This document shows positions 12,658 to 25,616 of a stretch of DNA of 64,000 nucleotides, one piece after another. Source of the DNA: Mobula birostris (lineage: Eukaryota); contig NC_092371.1 in the NCBI RefSeq assembly GCF_030028105.1, forward strand, positions 96,499,064 through 96,563,063, read 5' to 3'. A program made the position numbers and the translations under genes. Under the pieces are notes generated by a model that was given only the letters and a program-made list of their open reading frames with translations, had not been told where the DNA came from and made no database searches. Each line of letters begins with the position of its first letter. Position 1 is the first letter of the stretch.

Positions 12658-12827
12658 CTTAATGACATCCCTGCTATTTATAGTGAATGACATTTTCTGT
12701 CGGCCCAGTATGACCTCTCCGTTTTCCTGCATTATCTTCACCCAGATCTTCACATCCTCGCCAATTCCCGGCCTGTCGAGCTGCGCGTCGCCACATTTTA
12801 GAATCTTCTTCATTAGCAACCCATTCC
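12658..12827 (-). CDS. FKBP8-like immunophilin, FKBP-domain N-terminal exon
   Basis: 170-nt exon CAG|GG AAT GGG TTG...GTC ATT AAG|GTGGGT encoding (G)NGLLMKKILKCGDAQLDRPGIGEDVKIWVKIMQENGEVILGRQKMSFTINSRDVIK, similar to FKBP8 GNGLLRKKTL...ENG...FTLGDCDVIQ. Confidence 0.87.
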
Positions 12828-12906
12828 CTGCAATGGTGAATTAATCACATTAGTTTTGATCTAACCTCTACCTGTTGTTAATGATTGCCTCGCATATTGC
12901 GCGCAC

Positions 12907-12961
12907 CTAACACGTCAATCCACTCTTGTGAACTGTCTTCTACATCGGGTGGAGAATCCAT
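12907..12961 (-). CDS. FKBP8-like immunophilin, first recognisable coding segment (start codon uncertain)
   Basis: MDSPPDVEDSSQEWIDVL(G)|GTGCGC resembles FKBP8 EEWLDILG. A 79-nt phase-1 intron follows. The ATG context is GGCATGG, with an in-frame TGA at 12998-13000 upstream. Confidence 0.65.
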
Positions 12962-13504
12962 GCCCAGCCAAGCTCCGGCGGCAACAGGGGTTCGACCTCA
13001 GACGTTCTCACACTGTTTGCAATCGAAATTATTTGACCACACGATGTTGCCATTAAAAGGTCATCTGAGTCCGACCGGTCCGGTCCGGCCACTTTTCCGT
13101 CCACTGCTTTGGCCTTGTCAACATCTGCACACTGAAATGTGTCGATGACCACGTGCTGTTTAGAACCCTTGCTGAACACAGACTGTTGCATCACCGAATG
13201 TTTTCCTGTTACTGCGGATACATGCTTGATGCAAGGATGTCAGTCGGAAGCCGTTGGGAATTAAATTTAGTGAAAGGGAGGGAACCTTCACAGGACCGAT
13301 TGCCCTGGCCTCTTGAACAACACGGAGCACAAGAGCTGGACCAAGCCGAACCTGATCTCTCTAACCACTGCGATCACGGGACAATGGCGAAGCGCATTCG
13401 ATATCAGTCGGCTTGCAAGGTGCTTCCCCTCCAACACATGGGAAAAGATAACCTCCCACTCTGAATGCACGTAGCAACCTTGGCTCAGTTGAAAGTCCAG
13501 CTGG

Positions 13505-13895
13505 ACATAGAACACTATAGCCGAGTACAGGTCCTTCGGCCCACGATGTTGTGACGATCTTTTAACCTGCTCTAGGATCAATCTAACCATACACAGTCCT
13601 CCTCTTTTCTGTCATCTATGTTTTTATCTAAAAGTTCCTTAAATGTGCCAAATACATCTGCATCCACCACCACCACCCCAGCAGTGCATTCCGTGCACCC
13701 ACCGCTCCGTAGATATCTGACATCACCCCCCATATTTTCCTCCAATCACCTGAGCCATCTCCCCCCCTGGGAAAAAGCCTCTGGTTATCCACTCGATTTC
13801 TCTATTTTATCATCTTGTACACCTTTATCGTCACCTCTCTTCCTCCAGCGTTCCAAAGAGAAAAGCTCCAGCTCGACCAACCTAAGACATGCTTT
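13505..13895 (-). mobile_element. CR1-like LINE 3' end
   Basis: Typical CR1 tail on the minus strand (GGGCCGAAGGACCTGTACT...CTATAGTGTTCTATG) plus C-terminal ORF2 remnants. Confidence 0.6.
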
Positions 13896-14429
13896 GTAAG
13901 ATCTATGCTGACAAGTCCTCTCCTCCCGCTGAAGCATGAAAAGAGCCCTCTTCTACTCGAGGTATAGAATCTGGTGGTCCCGTTTGGGCAGAGGGAGTTG
14001 GGGGAAGAATGGCATTGATAGATCTAGGTGCTTGCTGGTTTAACCAACAAGTTACGCCAGAGGTTCAACGATTTGCAAAACTCATTTCCACTTTCTTACG
14101 TCTGGACACACGTCCGTGGGCAGGAATTAAAATTTAACAAAACCATATACTTACTGTAAACATCAAATTAAAATACTGAAAACAATTCACTTTCTACTGT
14201 TAGCCGCAGTTTACCTGATATACTGTACCGGGAAACTGTTGGATAGCTCACGTCGTGCCTTCATTTAAGAAGGGGAGCAGGGAGAAGCGAGGCTTTGATC
14301 AAGGGAAAGGATTCTCAGAGTTAGAATTTATTTGCATTTGGAAAGGCAGTGGTTGGTTAGGGGTAGCCAACAAAGCTAAGTGCGAGGGAAATAAAGTCTT
14401 ATAAATTTGGTTGTTTTTTTTCTTTTGAG

Positions 14430-15495
14430 AGGTGACCAAAAGGATTGACCAGGGCAGAACATTGACGTTGTGTGCATAGACTTGAGCAAGGTTCCACATG
14501 TAGTCTGGTCTAGGAGGTTAAAACACAGACTCCAGGGTGAGTAAGCCAAATGGATACAAAATTGACTTGGTGGTAAGAATCAGAGGGTGGAAGTGCTGGA
14601 TTGTTTTCCAGGGTGGAGGCCCATGACCTGTGATGTGCAGCAGGGATTGGTGTTGGATCTTTGTCATACACATTAATGATTGGGATGTGAATGTAGCTGA
14701 CATGATTAATAAATCTGCAGATGATACTAAGCTGGTGGTAAAGTGGCCCTGTCTAAGGTTTGTAGAAGATATAGATCAACTGGGAAAGTAGCAAAGGGAA
14801 TGGTCAATGGAATTTCACTCAAACAAGACTGAATCACAGTTTAGGAAATTAAACCAAGGTAGAACATACACAGTGAATGACAGGACCCTGGGTAGTGCTG
14901 TTGAGTAGTGAGACTTCAGGGCACAATTGCATTGTTTCATTGAGGTGGCAACAAAGTAGACAGGATTGTGAGGGCAGAGTAGAACACTCTTGCCTTCTTT
15001 GGCCAAGTCATAGAGTAGATAGTGTTTTACAAAATGTCCGTTGGGCTACAGGAAGGATGTGATTAAGCTAATGAGGGTATAGAAAAGATTTCCAATGACG
15101 TTACCTGGATTAGAGGGTTTGAGCTTCACTGGAGCAAATGGAGATGAAAGGCAAGATGGAGATACAGTACTCAACATCATGAGAGGCAAGATCAGTTTCC
15201 TATGGTTCATTCATCACGTGTCGTGGCTTTCCCAGGGTAGGAATGTTTAAAACTGGAGGACATAGTTTAAAGGAGTTGGTGGGGGGTGGGGGGTGGGGGG
15301 GGGGTGGTTGGTCTCCAGAAAGAGTAGGTAGTAGTGGTGGTGAAGAGAGAGGGGGAATAATAACAGAGGCAGGTGATTAGGTATTTAAATGAATAAGGCA
15401 CAGAACAATATCAAGTTAATGCAGGCAAGTGCAATTAGTATAGGTGGACATCACGGTTGCAGTGGGCTGATGGGCCAGCTTCCATACTCTAAGTT
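14430..15495 (+). mobile_element. CR1-like LINE RT/3' fragment, decayed
   Basis: Remnants of DKVPH, WIQNWL, YINDLD, KFADDTKL-like (AAATCTGCAGATGATACTAAGCTG) motifs, then a CR1 3' tail. Confidence 0.7.
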
Positions 15496-18416
15496 TCCTT
15501 TCATCCTAAGGTGCTCCAGTTTTTGTTTGTTTGAGATGTAGTCACTATTGCTCAGGACATAATCATCACATTATTGGAAGAAAATGGAAGTATTTATCAA
15601 CTAGATCTGACTTGCTGAGGTCTCCAATTTGACACAGTTTTCTCCTCAAGGTTTCCTCGATGGTACCTTTCTGAAATAATTCTTATTCATACAAGGCCAT
15701 CACCCAGGACACTGATGGATTACTCTAGAGTTATGAGCAGCACAGGTAGGATAGATGGATTTTTTCTCAGTGCAGGGAAGAATGGTACTAGAACAGAGAC
15801 TTACAGAGGGGGAAAAATTTGAAAGGATTCAGAAGGGCAAGTTTTTCCACTTGGAGGGTGTGGTTATCTGGAATGAGCTGCCGAAGAATATGGTAGTGGC
15901 AGATACAATATTTAGATACGAACGGAGTAGAAGGATACAGACCTCAGACAGGCAACATGAGGACAAGATAGTCCGAAAGGGCCACTTCTCTGCTGTACAA
16001 ATCTATGATTTATGTGCACCCAAATCCCTCTGGCCCCATTTTGCGTGCCTGTCCAGGGAGATTAATCGAACCATCGACTGGAGTGTGCAATCATATTTAA
16101 GTAATCCCTCTGGAGAAACATTTGATGGTTGCACATGTTTGGGGAGAGGACCTTTAGTGTACAGTCAAAACAACCGAATTAAAAAAAAATGATCTTCAGT
16201 GGTTGGAAATCTGTGTTTGCCTGTCAATTGGCAAAACTACAGCTGGAAATTTTAAATCCATTTGAATGAGGTCAGTCTTAATGTATAGTTTTCATAAATT
16301 CTATTGCATTTCTTTATTTTCCCATAAACCCTTGCAAGAATATGAATCTCAAGGTAGTATATGGTGACTTATATGCATTTCAATAATAAATTTACTTTGA
16401 CAACAACGGCTTCTCCAATCTTTCCATAATACTTTCATCCATCGTCTCTGGTACCAACCTCAAATATTTTCCACGTCCAGTCCCAGGCCACGATGAACTT
16501 GCTATGATGCAATGAACAAATATTGCAGTGTCAGCTGACATTTGTGCACGATTTCTAAACACTCTCGACTTAATGAAACACACAGCACCATCACCTTATA
16601 CATTGATTGTACAAGCAACAGAAGATGGAGCAAATCCTGATGTGCTTTGGTGCTATTTCCCCCAGATAACACTCCCTGTCCCATCCTCAACATTGCATCA
16701 TGTTGAGTCACAGTGTTTATTTGTGCTGAATTGAATGCAGTGCAGATCAATAACAATGGGCAGGGAAGGGAGTAACAAATCAAGGTCAGAATCTACATTT
16801 TGAAGCAATGTGCACACAAATGTAGCAAAAGGAACCGGTGATTATGCAAGGTTTCAAAGAACTGCAGAAAGCCAAATTAATGTAAAGTTGATGCCCAGAC
16901 ACTGTCCTTTTGCATTTTTAACAGAAATTCCAGAGAAATTAGTGAAGAGATGATAATCTTTATCCTCCCACTAACTCATACAGGCCAGCTGGTTTTCTTC
17001 TCCCTTGATTCACATTTCCCATCCCCCTTACCATCCTCCCCCCAACAATCTGCATATCATCCATCCCCTCCCTCAACTATCTTGTTCTAAAGAACCACTG
17101 TCCTACCCCATTTTGTGTTAGTACAGATCGGCAAACCTAACTTTGTCTCAGTCCGGATGCTGGATCCTGACCCAATACGTTGACCTAACTTTTTGCCTCC
17201 ACAGCACCCCTCAAATTCTTCCAGCATATTTTTTGTTCCAAATTCCGGTGTCTTCGGCTTCCTTTCATTTTTTTTAAATCCATTAAATATTTATTCCCTA
17301 GAGCTTCAACTGAATGAAGGTCAATAAAGCCCTGTGAAAATATTAGTGAATTTTTTTAATATAAAAACAGCAATCGGATTAGATAATAGAACAGTGGGGA
17401 GAAGAGATGGGAAATTTGATGCTAATGCTACAGGCAAACTCTTCTTACCAAAGTCATATTTAGTGGAAGGAATTAGTGCAAATTGAATAGACATTAAATT
17501 CAGAGAGGAAAAGGTGAATGTACAAGAATGATCAGAATACAGCCCAAATGAAGCAGATTCTTTGGGTTGAACATACTGAATTCCAAAATTTTTGCATTCA
17601 TATGCACATCGAATGAATACTCAAAAAATAAACATTTTAAATTCAACAACACAGCAAATAGCTTGTTGGACATTTCATTTCTTGGAAGTATCCTCTTCCT
17701 CTTGATAGTCCCACATTATGATAAACGGAACATGGGAAATATTAACTGCAGAGCCTCGATTCAGTAACACAAGTATTAATTCTTCCATTACATCAACTTA
17801 ATAAAAGTGATCTTCCTAAGCTTTAATCCTTTCAATAATCAGAACTTGAAATTCACCATCCTTGAAGCAACAACTTTACTTGGAGAACTTTACTGCCCTT
17901 TTCTCTTCAGTTTCTGCACAAGACTTTGGCCTTAGTTTTGCATACTTGGCTTTTCCCTGAGCTTGTGCTTATATTTTATCTTGACTAATGCTCAACTGTA
18001 GAGTTATAAACTGAGACTACAGTAAATTAAATGACTGCTAGCTAAATAGGACAACTTGTTGCATGGAATCACAAGACTAGCAATCCTGAAATGTCAGAAA
18101 ACTGGTTTACTAAAGGAAGGTTATATACATACAAAGTAACATTTGTAAACACACCTAAAGATAGTTAGCAATGGCCTGCTGTGTAGAATTCCATTCTTAA
18201 ACCAGTCACTTCAGTCAAAATCAATTGTCCATTAAAGCTAGACACACAAGAGTGAAAGCCAGTCTGTAAGAGAGATAGTGCAAAGGATTCCATTAGAGAA
18301 CCATGAATGATTTTGTTAAAAATACGTAGTGAATCAGTCTTTTCCAGCTCCTGTGAACTCTTGCCACTTCCTCAAATGGAAAAGGCCGTTCTTCTGCCAT
18401 TACAGTTCTCAGCAGG

Positions 18417-18491
18417 TTAAGGCTTCCTTCCTTTCTTGCGCAAAGACTGTCCTTCTCCAGAGAATGCAATGAACCTGCTGGGCCCAGAGTC
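18417..18491 (-). CDS. UFD1: UFD1 exon 12 (last; stop TAA)
   Basis: CAG|GAC...: DSGPSRFIAFSGEGQSLRKKGRKP*, the UFD1 C-terminal SHP box. Confidence 0.96.
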   Translation of the reverse strand, partial: DSGPSRFIAFSGEGQSLRKKGRKP

Positions 18492-20540
18492 CTGCACAAA
18501 TACAAATGATTGTGAAGGTTTAGCACAATTCAGCCTTGCTTCACAGTCAAAGCTAAGCATTTCCCAAAGTGAAATAGTGCACAAGATTGCCACATTGGAG
18601 CGTGGCCCACGACTGCTTTAAAGCAATCCAAGTAATTACAGGAAGAATTAGCAATCAACAGGTCAACTGCTGTGATGAGTGAAGATATTGTGCAATGTTC
18701 TTGTTTAATAAACTCAGTTAAAACTGTACAAGTTCTCATAGACAACTTATAGACAGGATCTACAGAAAGCAGTGAACTCACAATTGTTAATTCTTCCATT
18801 ACATCAATTTAATAAAACTTTACTTTCTAAAGTTTTAATCTTCAAGTCTGAATTGAAAAATTTCATATATTCATGTACAATTTGCAGAGTTTTCGTATGA
18901 ATAAATGGCAAAACAGTGCTGATTACAAACACATTGATATTACTGCAAATGCTGGAAATCTTAAACAAAATACAGCAGATGCTTTAAATATTGAAAAAGA
19001 TCAGACAGTATCTGTGATGACTGTAAAAGTAAACAGAGCTCAATTTCCAGTCTGTTACTCTCCACTAGAACTGCCCAGTCTTTTTAGAATTTCTTGTTTC
19101 ATTGCATGAGGTTAATGCTGCTTGGTGAAAACCTAGTCTTTTTCTACTAATCATATTTGTGTGTGAATTGAAGTGGTTGGCCTCAACCTGCAGACAAGCA
19201 GTAATCTGAATCCACTAGGATGGGTGGAAAGTTGAAATAAACATCCGACAGCTCATTATTATAATGGTTAACCTTGTCCCAACTTGTACACTTGGTGTAA
19301 AAGTAGGTGAGAAGCTTTATGACAAGCTCTCCTCAGGCCATGGGCCAGGTTGCCGTCCACCTCCATCTGCACCTACACTGGGTTTTTAGGATCTCAAAAC
19401 AATCCAGCAGCTGAAGAGGTGAAAGGCCAGAGCCAAAAGTCAAATACTTTCACAGGACTACTTGTGCAAGGAGGAATTTTGGCCACCAAATTTAGAAATA
19501 TAGCAGTGTGTTTGAAGAGCTACATAGGATATGTCCAATCCTCTTGCTATCAATCTTCCTATAACAAGATCCAATCCACATCACCTCTTACTGTGACTCA
19601 ACCAACTTTTTCCCCCAATTAACTCTCCGTGTGGAAAACCACCCCGCCCTCCGTCTACTTGGCTGCACCAATGATCAGGGAATTAAAATGACCTTGCATT
19701 TAAATTGGATCGGATTTAAGTTTCCTTGCCTGGCAAACATCTCAAAACCCAGCACTAACCTTTCACCCTTAAAACATCCATTAGCTGTTTGAGAGAGCAA
19801 CTCTTCACAGCGCGTGGGGATTATTACATGAAAGCGGTGTTAAAGCAACAGATCATCTATGATTTTATTGAATAACATAACTTTTGAGAGAGGACAAATA
19901 GCTTTGCCACATCTTTCTTTCTTATATTTGACAGAATTACACATCAATTACTGTCAAGTCAGGTTTAGCAAAAATCACTCCACCTCAACACCTGGCTCAG
20001 CCACATCTTGAGTTTCAAGGTTTTTACCCTCCCATTCCACTTGCCTGGTACCCAGCATGTGGACTTCATAATATTGAACAACTAGCTGAACTTTCAGACA
20101 TAGAATTCAGAACTACAGCCGTGTTAATGCATTTACTTTACACAAGGTCAGGGAAGCCAAAGAACATAAACAAACAACCTAATTCTGCACCTGTCATGAA
20201 GGTACTCCATTTGCAGAATGAATGCCTAAGTTCATATTTCACAGCAGCACCATTCCCCTTCTTGATATCAGATTTCACAGGGCATACAAGTGAAGCTGTT
20301 TGGCCAAGGTGACTCAGCAAACCCAGTCCCAATGACACTGTGTGGCTCAGTTCAGTAGAAAGAATTCTGATAGAATACATGATCAATATCATTTTAAAAT
20401 CCACTCCGATTTCCAGCATAAGCACAAAGGCTGACATCAAGTGCACCTCCTATTAGCAAGAGCAGCTCCATTATTAAACATTTAGAAACAGAACCATTAC
20501 AAACCAACACATTGATTATTTACATACAACATTCACTCAC

Positions 20541-20622
20541 CTCTTCTACTTGCTTTGGCTGTGGCCGTGAATTCCGGATGAAAGTAATTTTTCCTATTTT
20601 GAACTCATAGTTTGGAATTCCT
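20541..20622 (-). CDS. UFD1: UFD1 exon 11
   Basis: 82 nt, (R)GIPNYEFKIGKITFIRNSRPQPKQVEE, AG/GT boundaries. Confidence 0.96.
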
Positions 20623-20949
20623 CTGATCAATGGCAAAAATAAAAGTTAGTCTGCAGTTACAGCTGACACAGTCCTGCAATTATGAACACAAAATCTTAAG
20701 CACCTTTTAAATATTTGGACTGTAAATACATGGACACAAAGTATAATTAGGCACTGTTGTAGACACCAACAAACTGCAAGAACTGATCACCTGCCAAAGG
20801 GTCATTGAACTGCACTGTTAATCATTTCTCATTCACCTCCCAGCTGACTATATCCAACATTGTGCATTTTCATTACACTAAGACAAATAAATAAGTTCAG
20901 TGGGCAAATGGACTAATTCTGCTCCTATGTCTTGTAGCATTATGGTTAA

Positions 20950-21620
20950 TTGAATTGAATTGACTATTACTTACATCCTTCATATACATAAGGAGTAAAA
21001 ATCTTTACATTACGTCCCTGTCTAAATGTGCAAGTTATAGTAATTTGTAATATTTGTAATAATAAATAGTATGTACAACAGGACAGTCAATATAACATAG
21101 ACGTAGTTGTATCAGCATGAATTAAGCAGTCTGATGGCCTGGTGGAAGAAGCTGAACCGGAGACTGTTGGCTCTGGCTTTCATGCTTCGGTACTGTTTCC
21201 CCGAGTGGTAGCAGCTGGAACAGTTTGTGGTTGGGGTGACTCAGGTCCCCAATTGGGCCCTTTTTACACACCTGTCTTTGTAAATGTCCCGAATAACGGG
21301 AAGTTCACATCTCCAGATGTGCTGGGCTGTCCTGAGTCCTGCGACTGAGGGAAATGTAGTTCCCATATGAGGCATCAGGATGCTCTCAGTCTTGCCTCTA
21401 TATAAAGTTCTTAGGATTTGGGAGGCCCATACCAAACGATGTTGTGCCTTTTTCACCGCACAGCCAGTATGTACACCCCATGTGAGATCCTTGGTGATGT
21501 GTATGCTGAGGAACTTAAAGCTGTTCACCCTCTCAACTCCAGATCCATTGATGTCATTAGGGGTGAGTCTGTCTTCACTCCCCCTGTAGTCTATAACCAG
21601 CTCCTTTGTCTTTGCAACAT
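20950..21620 (-). mobile_element. Rex1/Babar LINE 3' fragment
   Basis: ORF 21241-21528 NSFKFLSIHITKDLTWGVHTGCAVKKAQHRL, with an (ATTCA)n-type tail. Confidence 0.75.
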
Positions 21621-22571
21621 CGGCAACCTATCTAGCATGCAGTCATTCCCTACACTGTATTAGCATCAATACTCCACAAAAATTTCATCAACTTTCAGTG
21701 CAGGCATGAAAATATCACTTGGAATGCAAGTTCTGATATATAGTACATTTGCATTATCTTTTAGTACTGTATTTCAAAATTTCAATTACAACCCATGCAC
21801 AGAAAAAAATCAACACACAGCAAAATGTGAAAGACAGAATATCTTTAGCTCAAATTTCTCAATCCTAGTTCTCCAAAAGTCAATGGCTCCATCAGTAATG
21901 GGTTGATAATAGGTTATCCACCCATCTCAAACACACTGGGTACATAAAGCAACAAGAAAGGAAAGATCATCATAATTGCCTTCATGTTGAAATGAGCCCT
22001 ACTTTTTCTTGATTAATCAGGAAATATTTTTAATCTTTCTCCTCTTATCTGAGCCCTTCCAATTTTTCATGGTCTTATGATGATGAATATCTAACAATTA
22101 TAAAGTTTTCAAAAAAAAAATTGGTGATGCAATGTGAAAATAAACTAGTTTAGCATCTGATCAAAGCCATGAATAAACATCAGTACTACTATCACAACAA
22201 ATCAACTGGTAAAATTATATCTGACTTCTGGAGAAACTTCTGCCAAGGCCAATGTCTTATACAATGAATGGAATATCTATGGGCCATCTTTCCCTGTAAG
22301 ATGCTTTGTCCCCTCTTTACCCCTTGATCATATCACCATCTCTGATCACTATTAAAAGTCCTAACAAAACATGCTTGCAGTGATAGAATGAATGGACACA
22401 AAAAAAAAAAGATGAAAACTCAAGTCAGTGGAGTGGATCCTGACACCAGAAGGACTCAAAAGATGGAGAATGATTACTTTGGTACATTCATGAAAATAAC
22501 ATGGATGGCCATCCATGACAAACATCCAGCAGATGATCATGTGCAACCCCAGTTTGTTTTCAGACGTTCAC

Positions 22572-22660
22572 CTTTTAATATCTTCAGGGTTGATTTGTGC
22601 TGGACTGGGATCAACTCCTTTCTTTTTTCCATCTAGTCGGTTGCCAGCACCAGTAAATGG
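22572..22660 (-). CDS. UFD1: UFD1 exon 10
   Basis: 89 nt, PFTGAGNRLDGKKKGVDPSPAQINPEDIK(R), containing SHP box 1 (FxGxGxRL). Confidence 0.96.
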
Positions 22661-23429
22661 CTGAGAAGACAAAACCAAGGCAATGTGTAACTGTATGAGC
22701 CTGTTAATTCTCATCAAATCTGTTGTCCGGTTTTAAAATTGGATCGAAGTGACATCAGACGTAACCAGCAAATTCAGGAGAAACAAGGGACGCTTTACCA
22801 GTTCAGCAAAAAATTAACATTCTGCTTTTCATTGAGGATTTTGATAATTTTATTTTAAGATTCAAGGTGGTTTCTCATCATTCTTCAGTACGAGTGTAAA
22901 GGAGAACAAAATGATTGCTAATCCGGATCCGATGCAGCATTAAAAAGTAAGCATAAAAACATAATAAATATAAAAGCAATCCGACAAAGGCCATGTACAA
23001 GTAACTGTTGAGTGTGGCCATATATTCGCAAAGTGACACTAGATGCAAGAGTATTTGTTACAAGGTGATGGACAGGAAATGATAGTGACAAATGATTCTT
23101 GGCAAGAGGAACTGTTCTAGGTAGCAGCAGGGCAGATGAAAACAGTTGGATGACGACTGTGTCAGTGTAGGCATGAAATGTGGAGCGTAAGCTTAAAGTG
23201 GCAGTGCATAGGGTTGGGGGGGGAATGAAGGGTGCTGAGTGGCTGATGTGGTTGTAGTGGTGGGGGTGGGCAGGGTTAACGGATGGAGGTATTACTCAGC
23301 CTGACAGCATGGGGGAGGTAACTGTTTTTGGGTATGGTAGTCTTGGTATGGATGCTACATAGCTTCTTTGCCAATGGGAGTGCAGTGAGTGAGTTTGTCA
23401 GTCAATTGAAGTTTATACAGTTGTAATCA

Positions 23430-23670
23430 AATCAGGAAACAACTACTGGGAGTTTTGGGACATGTACTGAGTAAGGAGAAGCTCGAACAGCTTGCAGTGA
23501 CATGAAAATTTGATGGAAGAAAAGATTGTGGTCAACGGCACATTACATTCATGAGTTAGATCAAGGGACAGCAAGCAAAAGTTTTGAAGAGCTTATTAGA
23601 ACTTCTCAAATTAAGGACAGATGGAGGACCATGATCGCCTACATCATACGACATGGCACATAATGATGAT
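23430..23670 (+). mobile_element. RTE-clade LINE 3' fragment
   Basis: IRKQ..F.GHVL.KEKLEQLAVT.KFDGRK..GQR-like remnant ending GATGGAGGACCATGATCGCC...(ATG)n. Confidence 0.55.
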
Positions 23671-24617
23671 ATTCCAAAATTTGTTAGCCTTCCTACCGTC
23701 AGGATTGGGGTCGAGAATCTACATATTAACATAACTGGTCAAAAGTGTATCCATTTCTATGAAATAATTACTGGAAGAACTCAGTAGTTGAGCAGCATCA
23801 GTTTGGGGCAAAAGAGATGCTTCAGCAATTTGGGTTGAGACTTTGCATCAGTACGGTGGGGGGGGGGGAAGAGAGAGAGAGAGAGGAGTAAAAAGAGTTG
23901 GTACTTATTTGCGGGGACAGCCAGGACAGGAGCTAGTAAATGTTAGGTGGATCCAGGTAGGGGGTGGCGATGGAAAAGGTGAATATATACAGAAACCCTG
24001 GCTGGACTGATGGGAATGGGAAAGCAACAAGTGGGGACTGGGTTCTGAGAAACTGGAAATTCAGTGTTCATTCAATTGGGCTGCAGGCCACCCAAATGGA
24101 ATACAAGATGCATCTAGTTTACACTTGGCCTCTGACCATTGACCATCTCTTTGCTTATATAATTTTTTTTTATTAAAATCACTATTCCAACATTAATCCC
24201 ACTTGGTTTTGTTCTCCCAACATTCTTGTCGACTCTGCATCAGCCCAAAATTATATCGCTCATCTATACCAGGGGAAATTAACCTATCAATCCACAGGTC
24301 TTTGGGACCCTCACAGACAGCACCCAGTTCTCCGGCATTGTGAGGTAGCATTGTCACCCAAAGAAAGTTACACCCTATGCGACCTGCAGATCAAGCGTCT
24401 TATGCTCTACCTGCTTTGCCAGCCAGAATGGTCCATTTCTGCTCCAAATTCATATGTATGTAATGGCCAGGGTAGAACAAGATCTACGTTTGATGCTCAA
24501 AACATATCATATAGGCACTGTAAACAGAAAAGCACCTAGCTTAGCAGAGTGCTTTACAACAAAACTAGAATTCCCAGTTATTCCATTACAGAACACAGAG
24601 TTACATTTTCTACTTAC

Positions 24618-24668
24618 CCGGAACCCCAAGTCAATTGGCACAAAGGCAGTATGATCAGCTTCAAGATC
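24618..24668 (-). CDS. UFD1: UFD1 exon 9
   Basis: 51 nt, DLEADHTAFVPIDLGFR, TAG|...|GTAAG. Confidence 0.92.
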
Positions 24669-25550
24669 CTAGAAACAAGATTATCCATATAATATCAAAC
24701 AATGGAAATACTGTCAAAAATAAAACAGGCATGTTAAAGTTATGCTGCTATTAAATGATTGTAATACAGTACAGGAGATGAATCAAGATCTAAATGTCTT
24801 TATTTTTTAATCACATTACTTCCATAGCAGTAAGTAATCAAAAACCCTAAGTGATCAATAAGCTTTATCTATCTTTATTACAGGAATTTTGTTTCAGCTT
24901 TGAATTCTAGTTAGCTGGTTTTGAAAGATCACTTAAAATGAAAACCAGACAAAAAACAAATGAAAGCCTGGAGAATGGAGGCTGGAGGCCTGCCTGTGTG
25001 TATGGGAGGGAGGGAGGAAAGGAAGGGGATAGTTTTGCTGTTGTTGTTCTGTTGTTTGTTGTGTTCCACGTTGTTCTGCTGAACATTGTTGGTGCCAGAT
25101 TGTGTGGCTACGCTTGTGGGTTGCGCACAGCACACAACCTAGGTTGCATTGGTTGTCCGTGCAACCAACACATTTCACCATACGCTCCGATGTACATGTG
25201 ACAAGTCTGAATACGAAAACCAGGTTGTAAAGGAAAAGATAACTTTATGTGGGGCTACACAATATGAAACTCTTCTCTGCACTTTTTTTGAAATAGTGCC
25301 TTTTTTTTTCCAAAAAAGCATCAGGAAAGCTGATAGGTCCCCAGACATAATGACTTATCCACAAAGCAACACCTCCCAGAGAGGTATCAACCTAAAGTTT
25401 TGTACTCAATTATTCATTTGCAAAACACACATTTCTGAGAGCCATAAAAAAGGGTAAAAGTTACATTAAAACCCTTTTCATATCTGACTGATACACCCTT
25501 CTATATCATCCATAACAGACTATCTAAGAATTAGTTAGTGCATTCCATAC

Positions 25551-25616
25551 CGAGGTGTCTTCAGGCTGGTAATGCCTTTCAGGCTCTTTGTAACCCAATG
25601 GGGCATCAAAATCTAC
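25551..25616 (-). CDS. UFD1: UFD1 exon 8
   Basis: 66 nt, VDFDAPLGYKEPERHYQPEDTS. Confidence 0.96.

Noticed and set aside
15278-15312. G-rich tract as a functional G-quadruplex
   Set aside because: It lies inside a decayed CR1; similar poly-G runs occur throughout repeats here.
16392-16783. Short ORFs between UFD1 and the FKBP8-like gene as a possible C22orf39 ortholog
   Set aside because: No resemblance to the C22orf39 Cys/Trp pattern or any protein I recognise, and no clear exon boundaries.
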